Under the pieces are notes generated by a model. It was given only the letters and a program-made list of their open reading frames with translations. It was not told the origin of the DNA and did not search any database. A DNA stretch of 64,000 bases from the human T2T-CHM13v2.0 reference genome, Homo sapiens, in assembly GCF_009914755.1 (NCBI RefSeq), contig NC_060947.1. One strand, written 5' to 3'. The translations under genes were made by a program, and so were the position numbers. Shown here piece after piece: positions 45,200 through 63,523 of this stretch (its first letter is position 1; the number at the start of each line of letters is the position of its first letter).

Positions 45200-45345
45200 T
45201 TCTTCACTCCACAAAAGATGAAACTGAGACACAGAGAATTATGTATCTTATTCATTGTCACACAGATAGTGAGTGAGTGGCAGAACTGGGTTTTGAATCT
45301 AGGCAATCTGGCTCCAGAATCCATGCTTTCAACAATTGAACCATA
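45200..45345 (-). mobile_element. MIR
   Basis: 'gatgaaactgagacacagagaatt...gtcacacagatagtgagtg...ggttttgaatctaggcaatctggctccagaatcc'. Confidence 0.8.
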
Positions 45346-47130
45346 GAGCCTTCCCTTTCTGCCTATAGCCCCTTTCCATTAAATCTCTCATTTTTAAAAT
45401 GTGCTATTCCCTTAAAAAGCAGCATTAATTTTCATTAAAATAAAGATAAAATCATAGTAATACAGCTAGAGATGAATACCTAATTCTTATCTCTCCAGGG
45501 TGTTACTGTCTATTCATAGAAATATTTTTTGACTCATTGCTATTACTGTATATTTTTACCTTAGCTTTTTTTCCTTCTTATAAGCCATAATAAAGAAGAA
45601 AAGCCTCATTTTAATTAGTTGTGTGTACAACAAGAGCAGCATACTTGGTCTTTTAGTGGTTTTAGAAATGAAAATAAAGTTATTCCAATGAATATCTAAT
45701 CTATTAACTAGGAACAAAACTAAAGCCAAATGCATCCAAAGAAAGGAAAGGGGTTGGTTTCTAAATGAAATATTTGTGGATAGTAAAGCATATATGTTCA
45801 AAAAGTGTTAGATATTAAAAATATTTAGTTTGATTCTCATGATCAATTTTTCTCCCACTGAATCTTCCTTTCACAGATATGTCAGAAGTGTTCATGACTA
45901 AAGAGAGATGTCAGAAAGCAAATGAATCCTCATAGGTGTCTCACTTCAAAACTTTTAAAAATACCTGCAAAATCACCAAGAAGTTAGTTTACTTTGGGCC
46001 TTTATTTCTGTGTGCTTCCCATACAACTCAGGATACATCACCAGCTTCTCTTCTAAAACAGTAAGACATTGAAGGCTCATATTTTTCTTCTGTGCTTTAT
46101 GATCCAAGTGTGTTCATAAAATAAGATATAGTAAGGCCATTCTATAAAATATTACGGTAAAATAAAAATGCCAACGTTGAACCTGATTTTCCCTATACAT
46201 CTCTGACCCCATTAGCTATATCCTTTCAACTCTTGAGCAGGGATTGCATTTTTGCTCAATGCTGTCACTATGGGAGATGCTCAAAAAATATTCTCCAATT
46301 ATTGACATTTTATTGAGGGTTCTTCCTTGAGTATGACAGCCAATCCACACCTTCTAATATGAAGTGATTGGGAAGCCCAGAGATACTGACTAATTCATAT
46401 GATAAGGACACAGTTTTGCAGCTATCATATTCTAGTCCTTTTCTTGACAGTCTTGATGGAGGCAAGAGGGGTGATATTGGCCTGTAACTTATTGCCTTAA
46501 CACTACCAGCCTTTTTTGTTGTGAGTTTGACTACCTTCACTTAAGTCATGTAACCACTTATTCTTCAGGTTTTCTTTGTTCTCAAGTGGAACTATTATTT
46601 CAGGAGCTTAAAGGGCTTTTGGAGAGCTAGAAATTCAGAAGTCGAGCAGAATCCAATTGTCTTTAGGACTATTTCCTTAGCACTGTGAATTTTGTATCTT
46701 CATTTTTAACAATACAAGAAAATTAAATTGATGGATAAGTTACAAATAATAGGAAACAGACTAAAATAAACATATAGAAGGACAAATCAACTATAGTCAA
46801 AATTTGGTTAAGCTGACCAAGGCTTTCTTTTATGCAAAATATTAGGAAAATTATCCTGTGAGATAGGATTAAAAGGTGAGCTCTTTGGTCAGTGGAGTTT
46901 AATTGTCAAGGTTAGGGTGAGTGTCTTTCTATTCAAATTTCAAGCCAGAGCAGAAAGTGCTATATTATGTAGGGTAAAAGCAGCAAGCGATTGGGCAAAG
47001 ACTGTTATCCAGCTGATGATGATGCTCCTCAAACCTTGTGTTTTTAATGTGAACCTATCTTCCTATTTCAGATTAAATACCACTGTCTCCAGACTCCCGT
47101 TTCATCAACTTTGTCTCATTTGTTTCCTCA

Positions 47131-47268
47131 AGGATAGCATTAGGAGAAATATCTAATGTAAATGATGAGTTGACGGGTGCAGCAAACCAACATGGCACAT
47201 GTATACCTATGTATCAAACCTGCACGTTGTGCACATGTACCCTAGAACTTAAAGTATAACAAAAAAAA
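47131..47268 (+). mobile_element. L1PA (PA5-7-like) 3' end
   Basis: 'gatagcattaggagaaatatctaatgta...aacctgcacgttgtgcacatgtaccctagaacttaaagtataa' plus A tail. Confidence 0.92.
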
Positions 47269-49108
47269 TCCACTCCTAGGGGTAGATCTAGTTGTTTTGG
47301 ACCATTGTCCGTATACCCTAACCATGCCTCTTCTGACGTCTTCTGCTCAAGCTACCTCTTTTTTCTGGCTCTCCAAGTATTCTTCAGGTCTTACTCACAT
47401 TCTTCATTTTAGCCTAATATCTGTAGCTCTGACTTATGCATTGTTTTTTAATTCAGAGTAATTTGTCTCCACAAATTGAATTTTGACTTTTGATCTCAAA
47501 TCCTGCACACTGCTCAATCCATGTTACTTACCAATCTATCCTTACCCAATTGTTAGTCCTAGACATAAGTATGCATTACCCAAGTTCTCCCTCTGCCACC
47601 CTTTTGCTTGCCGTATCTCATGTCTGTTTATAAACCTGCACTGACTTCGGGTGATTTTTTTGTTGTTATTCCTAATCCTTTTCACTTATGACAAATAATG
47701 TTATTTCATAATAAATGAAAATAGCCCTTAAAATACTTACCTGCCTGAACGGTAATTAATTGATAATATACACTTTAAAGTATTTTAAAACATAAGAAGA
47801 TGAGAATACGTAGGATGTTAAGATAATGACAAATCAAAAATATTTTGATGTTTAAGTCATTTACATGGCTTTTCCGTTTTTATAGACATTATGGAACATA
47901 TACTTGAAATATTTTTCTCTTATATATGATAATCAAAATGTTTTAAATCTAGACGCATAATTTGCAGACACTTTAAGACCACTTATTCACTTAAGATTTC
48001 TTGGATAGTGCTTATTGTCATCTTCATTCTTTCTCTCTATGTAATGTTTAAATGTGCTTTATAATATTAAACAAGTCAAGGATTGTGTGCTTATTTTGCA
48101 ATTTGTGAAATAGCTTTGTATAATTTTTCGGTGTCACTAGTGCGGGGCTGTAATAAGTAGATTTGAACTTTGCTTTTGTGTGGTATAATAACCTATAGCT
48201 TGAACCAGATATCTAACAATTTTTCCAGTTTGTACAATAGAACAAATATTTTATAAATTCCGTTTAATAATTTCAAACTTGGAACAGATAAATCTGGGTT
48301 AAATAAACTAGTATATAAACCCTGTCTTCTCCATTATAGAACTAAAATAACCTGAAACCCAAACTAAAATTTTACATACATTTTCACTTTAACCTTACAA
48401 TTCCATCAAATAGACAAGACAGACATTCACATGAGTCTCAAATTAAGTGAATTATCCAAAGTCTCATTCTTTCTACATAATAATCTCAGTGACTTAAACC
48501 CAGGGTTTTATTTTAAACCTCCAGATCCATTGTTTATTATCATCATTTTGTTTATTGTGTTTTTTGTTTGCCTACAACCCTCATTATTATTATTTTAAGG
48601 TCTCTTGTAATAAAAGTTGAAAAATACTGTCTGCCCATCATCAAGAGTAATACTTTAATACCAGTGTTCACAGAAATAATTAAGCACATGTTCACAAAAT
48701 AAAACTTGAGTAAAGACCATTTCTTTCTTCTGTTTAGGGCGTAATTAGAACAATATGGTTATGCTAAATTATAGCATCACAATTTTAATGTTTTATTAGC
48801 AAACAAGGAAGCATATTAATGTAAGTATTAGGGATTTTAAAAAATTGTACTGAATTTAGCTGATGACGTATAAGCTATGTCCACATCTAAAATCTATAGA
48901 ATATAGTCCCATTTATCTGGTTATGAATTTTCATGTCTGGTTGGTCAAACTGCAGGAGTTAATCTTTATTAGTCTCAAGTCACTTCTTTGATATGGCCCT
49001 TTGGACACTGCTTATAAGGCAAGTGAGGTTTAGTGGGTGGATGTTACATATTATATCATATAAGCAGTCTTATAAATGAGATATGTTATTTAAATCAACG
49101 ATTCATTA

Positions 49109-49406
<298 letters not shown>

Positions 49407-50242
49407 AATTACTCATTATTGAATCATAAGTGAATGGTGAGTAGAAACTCTCTAAGAAACAACAGAATGCTCCCTAAGAGGGACACGTTGTCACTCATTT
49501 TCTAATCATGTATATGTAGAGATTTGGTTCACTTCTCTATAGAATTTTTCTGACTTAGTTTTTCCTCAGGAAAAGGCAGATGATTTTATGAGAAATAACT
49601 GAAGACCATTTAGATCATAATTATGAATCCAAATGACACCATAAATATGCAGAATAGAAAATGGTACATTGCTTTGGAGGAAACAAATTTACAAGTACCT
49701 GTAATTCCTGCTTTTATGTAATTGTTCATTTTATGATACTACCCTGTACTTATTAAGTCGTATCATATTTTTGTAAGTCTGACAAGCTGAAGAATGGTCT
49801 TATATAATTTAGCTGTTTTTGTGTTTTACAGTACTTGATTCTCAAGCCAATAAATGTCTAGTTAAATTGCATATTAAGCATATCATATTTTCCATTTTTC
49901 TTTTTTTATTAGTAAAATTTATTTCTTTTTCTATATAAAGAATACATCTTTTTCTGTATACAAATGTATTTTCCTACACACTTCCTAACTTTGTAGGCCA
50001 CTGGTCTATGGGATAGACCATCCTCTTTTTTTTTTTATTATACTTTTAAGTTTTAGTGTACATGTGCGCAAGGTGCAGGTTTGTTACATATGTATGCATG
50101 TGCCATGTTGGTGTGCTGCACCCAGTAACTCGTCATTTAACATTAGCTGTATCTCCTAATGCTATCCCTCCTCCCGCCCCCCACCCCACAACAGGCCCCG
50201 GTGTCTGATGTTCCCCTTCCTGTGTCCATGTGTTCTCATTGT

Positions 50243-54074
<3,832 letters not shown>

Positions 54075-54137
54075 TATGATGTTAGCTGGTTATTTTGCTC
54101 ATTAGTTGATGCAGTTTCTTCCTAGCTTCGATGGTCT

Positions 54138-54762
54138 TTACAATTTGGCATGTTTTTGCAGTGGCTGGTACTGGTTGTTCCTTTCCATGTTTCGTGCTTC
54201 CTTCCGGAGATCTTTTAGGGCAGGCCTGGTGGTGACAAAATCTCTCAGCATTTGCTTGTCTGTAAAGTATTTTATTTCTCCTTTGCTTATGAAGTTTAGT
54301 TTGGCTGGATATGAAATTGTCGGTTGAAAATTCTTTCCTTTAAGAATGTTGAGTATTGGCCCCTGCTCTGTTCTGGCTTGTAGAGTTTCTGCTGAGAGAT
54401 CAGCTGTTAGTCTGATGGGCTTCCCTTTGTGGGTAACCTGACCTTTCTCTCTGGCTGCCATTAACATTTTTTCATTCATTTCAACTTTGGTGAATCTGAC
54501 AATTATGTGTCTTGGAGTTTCTCTTCTCGAGGAGTATCTTTGTGGCGTTCTCTTTATTTCCTGAATTTGAATGTTGGCCTGCCTTGCTAGATTGGGGAAG
54601 TTCTCCTGGATATTATCCTGCAGAGTTTTTTCCAACTTGGTTCCATTCTCCCCGTCACTTTCAGGTACACCAATCAGATGTAGATTTGGTCTTTACACAT
54701 AGTCCCATATTTCTTGGAGGCTTTGTTCATTTCTTTTTATTCTTTTTTCTCTAAACTTCTCT
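54138..54762 (-). pseudogene. L1 ORF1 C-terminal part
   Basis: ORF 54138-54635: ENFPNLARQANIQIQEI...PRHIIVRF...YPAKL...YQPLQKHAKL. Confidence 0.93.
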
Positions 54763-55084
54763 GCACAAGACACTTTGAGAATTTGAAATAGGCTAGCAGT
54801 TGTGAATAATGTCATTCTAAATGTTCAGTATAGTTTGTACCTAATTTAAACCTGTTAGAAACTATAAGTGGAATAATGTCATCAATTTTCTATTATTGTT
54901 ATTCTTATATATAAGAATATAAAAATTAATATAAAAATTTATTGCAATATAGTGAATAATTTTAAGGTGCGTAAGTATATATGTTTGTGTGTGCATGTGT
55001 GTATGTGTGTATGGATATATAAAAACTGGCAAGATATATTGAACAAGGTAAAAACAAGTGAAAGTAAATGGTTTCTCTGGGTAT

Positions 55085-55685
55085 TACAGTAGGCAGGATT
55101 CTAAGACGGCCCCTAAGATTTCTGGCACCTGGTATATATGCGCCTTCTCCCAGTTATTCAGTTAAACACTAACTTGGGTGTTGTTATAAAGAGATTTTGC
55201 AGATGTAATTAAGGTCCCTAATCAGTTGACCTTAAGATAGAAAGAAAATATGTGTGGGCCTTGCTTAATCAGATGAGACTTTAAATCTGGATCTAGAAGT
55301 CAGAGATAGAAGTCAGAGACTCCGTAGATGGATTCCACATAAAAGACATCTATATTTCAAGCTTGGAGATGGAGGTAAATATATAGGTGGCTTCTAGGAG
55401 CTGATAGTGGTCCCTAGTCACCAGCCAGCAAGAACACAGGGACTTCAGTCCTGCCAGCACGGAATCCTGACAAAACCTGAGTGAATTTCAAAGAGAATCC
55501 AAAGCCACAAATAGGATTACAGCCCCAGAGCACACCTTGATTCTAGCCTTAGTGAGACCCTGAGCATAATACCCAACTAAGCCATCTTTGGACTCCTGAC
55601 CCAGAGGAACCGTGAGATAATAAATTTGTGTTCTTTTAAGCTAATAAGTTTGTGTTAATTTGCTACATAGAAATTGAAACAGAAA
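55085..55685 (+). mobile_element. MaLR solo LTR (MLT1E-like)
   Basis: 'gtaggcaggattctaagacggcccc...attttgcagatgtaattaaggtccctaatcagttgacctt...gtgagataataaatttgtgttcttttaagc'. Confidence 0.82.
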
Positions 55686-55707
55686 GTTAGTTTGTTGTGA
55701 AGTTACA

Positions 55708-55780
55708 TTTTTGAGATGGGGTACCACTATATAGCCCATACTGGCCTCAAACTCCTGGGCTCAAGTGATCCTCCAGCCTC
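55708..55780 (-). mobile_element. FLAM/AluJ left-arm fragment
   Basis: 'gagatggggt...ctggcctcaaactcctgggctcaagtgatcctccagcctca'. Confidence 0.8.
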
Positions 55781-55899
55781 ATACAGCTTATATTTTATCT
55801 GCATATATTAAGCCAAGTCCTCTCAAAAGAGCAGTGGCCATAATTGGTCTGGACTCTTGAGTAAAGATCAAAGTCTTTAATGTTTGAGAACTCCTATAT

Positions 55900-56340
55900 T
55901 TCCCTCCAATTCACTTTTTCAGTCTTACCTTCAGCTATAAGCTTTTATTCATCCTCTTCTCTGAGCATGCTCTTCTCTGCATATATTTTCCTATCAATGG
56001 TTTCACTGTATTCTCTACCTAGAAGTCCTTCCAACATTCCTTAAGTATCTACTAGTACAAATATTAAACATCATTCAAGATTTAATTCAAATGCCACATC
56101 TTTCATAAAACTGTCTTTAATCTATTGCATCTATTATAAACTGTCCCTCTTTTGTACATGCAGAGATGTAGCCTAATTTTTTCATGAGCTTTTCATGTTT
56201 TTTGTTGTATTCTATTTATGTAGACGTTTGCTCTTCTTTACAAGGATGAAGAGTCACTGTAGCACTTATACTGCCTTGTATATAGAAGGTGATTTAGTAT
56301 TGGATGGATAGGTGGATTGATGGATGGACAGATTAATGAG
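55900..56340 (+). mobile_element. L2 3' region with (GGAT)n tail
   Basis: 'catcattcaagatttaattcaaatgccacatc', 'gtagcacttatactgccttgtatatagaaggtg...ggatggat'. Confidence 0.6.
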
Positions 56341-57959
56341 ATAGTGAAATCTAAGAGTTGGCCTTTATCATTCTAATAATCCAGCTAGTCCACCTTCCCT
56401 CTGATTCTTTTCCTTTTTAGGTTACTTAGTATGTCAGTAAGTAAACATTCTGACTCTTCTCTCACTAGCCCTGACTATCCCACTGCTTTTCTCTATTTTT
56501 CAGAAACCTATGAGCAGTAAACTTGAAAACACATTGCATGAGAAATTATGGTAATCTCGTATTAACTGCTCTAATTTGGCCTGAGGAAATTACTTGATGT
56601 GTGGGGGATAACTGTATGCTTATTCAATCGGTCTCACTTAATTCTGAAAGAACTTTCAAAAATAAATATTTACCCCTTACTGATAGCTAGCTAGCTGGCT
56701 AGCTAGATAGGTATACATATATGTACTCTACACATTTTAAAATCCTTTTAATTCTTTTGTTTCTTGAATGTCTACATTATACAAAGTAAAAGTCAAAATC
56801 CTTGGTGACTAAGCAAACAAGAGAATAAAGTTATCACTCAGTGTACAGAAAAATATGTGTCATCTGGGCTTGAAGAAGCAATTAGAATAATTTGCTTCTA
56901 GTGTCGTAATTTGCTTCTAGTGTCATAATTTTGCTAGATAGAAGGAAACAGATGAAAGTGCGTGAACTTGAATGATGCTGTAAGTAATTTGTCAAGACAG
57001 TTATAATTATTACAAAGCCAGCAAGAGTAAGGGGAAATTTTATACTGACCAGAGTTATAATGGATAGTTTGTGAGGAAGTCAGATGATAGCACTTGATAC
57101 TGTTCACAATGGTGTAGTCATCACATATAACTGTTTATAGATCACCAATCGCTTCTAATAACTAAATTATGTATATCAATACATTGATGATGTTTCAGTT
57201 AAGTGTGCCAGAATCCTTTGTGTGTGTGTTTTTAAAATTGTGCCTATTGAATGTTGCTTATGGTGATAACTGTATGTAAGGAAATTCTTCCTCTAAAAAA
57301 AAAAAAGTAATTTATTACATGCCTTTTCGTGTCTTTCTAGTTCTCCCTTGGTAGGTGCTCTGCCTTTCCTATGCTTACTTTCATCCAAACTGCCCATTGT
57401 TCGCCTTTCTTCTATTTGATTCCTGGATATCTTTGTAAGGATGATAATAATGATTGTGAAAGCTACCAATTATTCAACAGTTACTATGTGTGATGTAAAT
57501 GATATGCATATAAGTGTGCATATGAGTGTGTGTGTGTGTGTGTGCATACACATATACTTATTTAATCTCCCAAATAATGCTAAACAACAGGGTAGATAAT
57601 AAATATTTTAAAATTAATGAATAATATAGCTGATAAAATCATAGGAAACACAAATTCTAGAAAAAATGGGAAAGAACAAAAAGTGGCAGAGAACTATTAA
57701 GAAAAGCTTAAAGAATCTGAACCTTTGAAACTTTGAAAGATTTAATCATTTAAGCTGTGAAACAGAGCTTCAAGTCAAACCCAAATCTGACTAGTCCCCA
57801 GAGTGTATATATTCACTCGGGGTACTAGAGTAATTGCCTCATCCACAGAAAAGTCAATGGCAACTCTTCACTCTCATGTCTTCAAACTTCATGTTGGTTC
57901 TCTACCTATTTTCCTTATTTTCATTTCTCCTCCAATTGATTCTTTATGATGTAATCAGC

Positions 57960-58330
57960 TGTATTATTCACCAATTCTAAAATATTTATTGAGTGTCCAC
58001 TTTGTGCCATGCAAAGAAATAAGTGGAAAATAAAAACAGACACAGCCGGTCACCATCATGGATCTTATATTCTAGTAGGAGGAGACAGACAACAAATAAG
58101 TAAAACACATGATATATCAGGTAATGATAAGGGCTATGGATACAAAACAGGGGAAGGAGGGAGACAATGCACTGGAGCCAAGGCCTTGGCCAAAGAAGGC
58201 CTCAGTGATAACCTGAGACTATTCAGCAGATACCTGAAGGAAAAGTTAGGTGACATAAGCCCCATACAAGTGGATAGGAAATTTGTGCAGAACACTCACA
58301 GGTGAAGGTCCTGAAGCACATGCTCAATGG
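57960..58330 (-). mobile_element. L2 fragment
   Basis: 'aaatatttattgagtgtccactttgtgcca...cttatattctagtaggaggagacagacaacaaataagtaaa...gaaggcctcagtga'. Confidence 0.75.
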
Positions 58331-61300
58331 TCAGACTAGTAAACATATGCATGTACACACTTCGCTTCCGGATTCACGAGTGCCTAATATAATAGTAATT
58401 CTCACTGTTTTTGACTGAGTGACAAGGGGCTCAACATGTTAAAGTTCGTTCTAGAGCTCATCCTCAGGTGCTGATGGGGCACCTGAATTCTGCTAGACTA
58501 TGTTGTTTTTGATTCATGAACTGAAGCACAAGCATCAGTCCATAACTAAGTGGACTCGGGGAATAGTACCAGGCAGAGGTAGGAATTCCATGGGCTCCAT
58601 TTGTCATGTTGTTCTGGTCTTTTTTTGGTGTAGGTAGTAGAGAAGCCACCTTTCTATTAATCGCAATTATTCTTTAACCAGACAAGATTATCCTGTGCAA
58701 CTTTTAAAAAAGTATAATTTTTGTGGGCACGTAGTAAGTATATATATTTATGGAGTACATGAGATGTGTTGATACAGGCATGCAACGTGAAATAAGCACA
58801 TCAAGGAGAATGGGGTGTCCATCCCCTCAAGCATTTGTCCTTTGAGTTACAAACAATCCAATTACATTATTTAAGTTATTTTAAAATATACAATTAAATT
58901 ATTATCGACTATAGTCACCCTATTTTGTAGTCAGTAGAAGGTCTTATTCATTATTCCTATTTTTTTGGTAAGCATTAACCATCCCTACACTCCCCTGAAT
59001 TCCCCACTACTTTTCCCTGCCTAGGGTAACCATTTCCACTGTTACCTTGTTACCTAGGGTAACTAGGTAACAACTGAGTTCAGTTGTTTTGATTTTTAGA
59101 TTACTACAAATAAGTGAGAACATGCGATATTTGTCTTTCTGTGCCTGGCTTATTTCAATTAACGTAATAATCTCCAGTTCCATCTATGTCTTTGCAAATG
59201 ACTGGATCTCATTATTTGTTATGGCTGAGTAGCACGCCATTGTGTACATGTACTACATTTTCTTTATCCATTCATCTGTTGGTGGATATTTAGGTTGCTT
59301 CCAAATCTTAGCTATTGTGAACAGTGCTTCAACAAACATGGGAGTGCAGATATCTCTTCAATATACTGATTTCTTTTTCGGAGGTATATACCCAGAAGTG
59401 GGATTGCTGGATCACACAGTAGTACAATTTGTAATTTTTAGAGAAACTTCCAAATGGTTCTCCATAGTAGTTGTACTAATTTACATTCCTGCCAAAAGTG
59501 TGCAAGGATTCCCTTTTCTCCACATCCTCGCCAGCATGTTATTGCCTGTCTTTTGGATATAAGTCATTTTAACTGGGGTAAGATAATGTTTAATTGTAGT
59601 TTTGATTTCCATTTCTCTGATGATCAGTGATTTTGAGCACTTTTTCATATGCCTATTTTTCATGTGTATGTCTTATTTTGAGAAATGTCTATTCAAATAT
59701 TTGGTAGGATTTGAATAGGATTATTAGATTTGACAGGATTATTAGATTTTTTCCTATAAAATTGTTTAACCTCCTTATATATTCTGATTATTAAACCCTT
59801 GTCAGATGGGTAGTTTGCAAATATTTTCTCCCATTCTGCTGTCTCTTCACTCTGTTGATTGTTCCTTTGCTGTGCAGAAACTTTTTAACTTGATGTGATC
59901 CCATATGTCCATTTTTGCTTTGGTTGCCTGTGCCTGTGTTGCATTACTCAAGAAATATTTGCCCAGACCATTGTCCTGGAGATTTTCCCCAAAGTTGTCT
60001 TGTTGTAGTTTCATAGCTTGAGGTCTTATATTAAAGCCCTTAATCCATTTTAATTTGATTTTTGAATATGGTGAGAATAGGGCTCCAGTTTCATTCTTCA
60101 GCATAAGCATGTCCAGTTTTCCCAGCACTATTTATTGACGAGTCTGTCTTTTTTTCCAGTGTATGTTCTTGCCATCTTTGTCAAAAATGAGTTTATTATA
60201 TGTGTGTGGATTTGTTTCTGTGTTCTTTATTCTGTTTCATTAATCTATGTGTCTGTTTTTATGTTAGTATCAGGCTGTTGTGGTTACTATAGCTCTGTAG
60301 CATAATTTAAAGTCAGGTAATATGATTCATCCAGTCATGTTCTTTTTGCTTTGGATAGCTTTGGCTATTCTGGGTCTTTTGTTGTTCCATGCAAATTTTA
60401 GGATTATTTTTCTATTTCTGTGAAGAATATCATTGATATTTTGATAGGCATTGCATCGAATCTGTAGATTGCTTTGGGTGTAGACATTTTAACAATATTG
60501 ATTCTTCCAATCCATAAACATGGAATACTTTTACATTTTTTGGTGTCTTCTGCAATTTTTCATCAGTGTTTTATAGTTTTTATTATTGAGATTTTTTACT
60601 TTGTTGGTTAAGTTAATTCTTAGGTATTTAATTTTATTTGTGGCACTGTAAATTGAATTACTTTTAAATTTCATTTTCAGATACTTGCTCTTGGCATATA
60701 GAAATGCTACTGATTTTTATATATTGAGCTTGTGTTCTGCAACTTCATTGAATTTGTTTATCTGTTCTGATAGGTTTTTTCGGTGGTGTCTTTGGATTTT
60801 CCAAATATAAGAGTATGTCATCTACACACAAGAATTACTTGACTTTATCCGTTCTAATTTGAATGTCCTTCATATATTTCTCTTGTCTGATTGCTCTAAC
60901 TAGGACTTCTAGTGCTATGTTGATTAACAGTGGTGAAAGTGGGCATCCTTGTTTTCCAGGTGTTAGAGGAAAGGCTTTCTGTTTTTCCCTGTTTGATATG
61001 ATACTAGCTGTGGGTTTGCCATACATGGTTTTTATTATGTTGAAGTATGTTCCTTCTTTCCTCAGTTTTTTGAGGGTTTTTTTTTTATCATGAAGATGTG
61101 TTGAATTTTATCAAATGCTTTTTCAGCATCATTTGAGATTATTATATAGTTTCTATCTTTCATTCTGTTGGTATGATGCATCGCATTGCTTAATTTGCAT
61201 ATGGTTACGCATCCTTGCTTCCCAGGGATAAACCCCAGTGGGTCATGATAAATGATACTTTAAATATATTGTTGAATTTGGTATGTGAGTATTGTTTTTT

Positions 61301-62763
61301 GAGGATTTTTGCATCAATATGGATCAGAGACATTGGACTATAGTTTTCTTTGATTGATGTATCTTTGTCTGTGGCTTTGTACAATGAGTTTGCAAACAAT
61401 CTATACTCTATTTTTTGGAACTGAGTAAGATTTTGATTACTTCTTCTTTATGCGTTTGGTAGAATTAAGCAGTCAAGCCATCAGGTCCTGGGCTTTTCAT
61501 TGTTGGGAGATGTTTTATTACAGCTTCTATCTCTTGAATTTTACTGATTATTTCAGGTTTTTTATTTCTTCCTGGTTCAACCATGATATATTGTAGGTGT
61601 CTAGAAATTTGTCCATTTATTCTAGATTTTCCAGTTTATTTGCCTATAGTTGCTCATAGTAGCAACAAATTATCTTTTGAGTTTGTGCAGTATCAGCTGT
61701 TGCAACGTCTTCTTTTTCATTTCTGATTTTATTTATATCTTCTCTCTTTTTCTTAGTGTGACTAAAGATTTGTCAGGTTTGTGTACCTTCTCAAAAAAAC
61801 AACTTTTGTGTTTCATTTATCCTATTATTTTTTTAAATTTTGTTTTTTTTAATTTCTGCTCTGATCTTTATTATTTTCTTCTACTAATTTTGGGTTTGTT
61901 TTGCTCTTGTTTTGCTAGTTCTTTATAATTCATCATTAGATTGTTTATCTGAGGATTTTCCTCTCATTTGATGTAGGAACTTATAGCTATAAACTTTCCT
62001 CTTATTACTGCTTTTGCTGTATCTCATAGGTTTTGGTATGTTATGCTTCCATTATCATTTTTTTTCTAAAAATTTGTCAATTTCCTTCTTTATTTTTTCA
62101 TCCACTCAGTGGTCATTCAGGAGCATATTGTTTAATTTCCATGTGTCTGCATAGTTTCCAAAAATTCTCTTGTTATTAATTTCTAGTTTTATTCCATGTG
62201 GTCAGAGAAGGTGCTTGATATTATTTTAATTTTGTTATATGTCTTAGGATTTACTCTGTGACTTAACATATAGTATATCCTTGAGGATAATCCATGCACT
62301 GAGGAAGAAAATGTGTATTCTGCAGCCATTGAATGAAATGTTCTGCAAATAGCTATTAGATTCATTTGTCTATAGTATAGCTTAAACCTGATGTTTCTTG
62401 ATTTTCTGTCTAGAAGACCTGTCCAGTGCTGAAAGTGAGGTATTGAAATCTCCAGCTATTATTGTACTGGGGCCTATCTCTATCCTTAGCTCTAATAATA
62501 TTTGCTTTATAAATAATATTTGCTTTATATATCTGTGGGCTCCAAAGTTGGATGCATATATATTTAAAATTGTTATATCCTCTTGCTAAAATTGACCAGT
62601 TTGTCATTATATAATGACGTTTTTGTCTCTTCTTATAGTTTTTGTCTTGAAATTTAATTTGTCTAATATAAGTGTAACTACTTTTGTTCTTTTTTGTTTT
62701 CCAGTGGCATGAAATATCTTTTTTGAATCTTTATTTTCAGACTATGTGTGTCTTTATAGGTGA

Positions 62764-63098
<335 letters not shown>

Positions 63099-63189
63099 TG
63101 GGCCTTGTTTTTAATCCACTCAGCCACTCTATATCTTTTGATTTTAGAGTTTAGTCCATTTACATTTAATTTCTGTTATTCTTTACTTA

Positions 63190-63283
63190 TGTTTTCAATA
63201 TTTAATTTTTGTGGGCACAGAGTGGATGTGCGTATTTGTGAGGTATGTGAGATGTTTTGATACAGGCATGCAATATGAAATAA
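63190..63283 (-). mobile_element. Short L1MA 3'-end fragment nested in the L1
   Basis: 'taatttttgtgggcacagag...gagatgttttgatacaggcatgcaatatgaaataag'. Confidence 0.75.
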
Positions 63284-63523
63284 GTAAGGACATATTTCTG
63301 GCATTTTGTTATTTGTTTTCTGGTTGTTTTGTGGTCTTCTCATCCTTCTTTCTTCCCTTCCTGTCTTCTTTTAGTGAAGGTGGTTTTCTCTGATGGTATT
63401 TTTTTTTATTTGAGGTTACCATTAAGCTTGCAAATACTATCTTATAATGCACTATTTTACCTTGATAGCAACCTAACACTGTATAAATAAACTAGCAAAG
63501 AGAAAACTAATAAAAACTCTATG

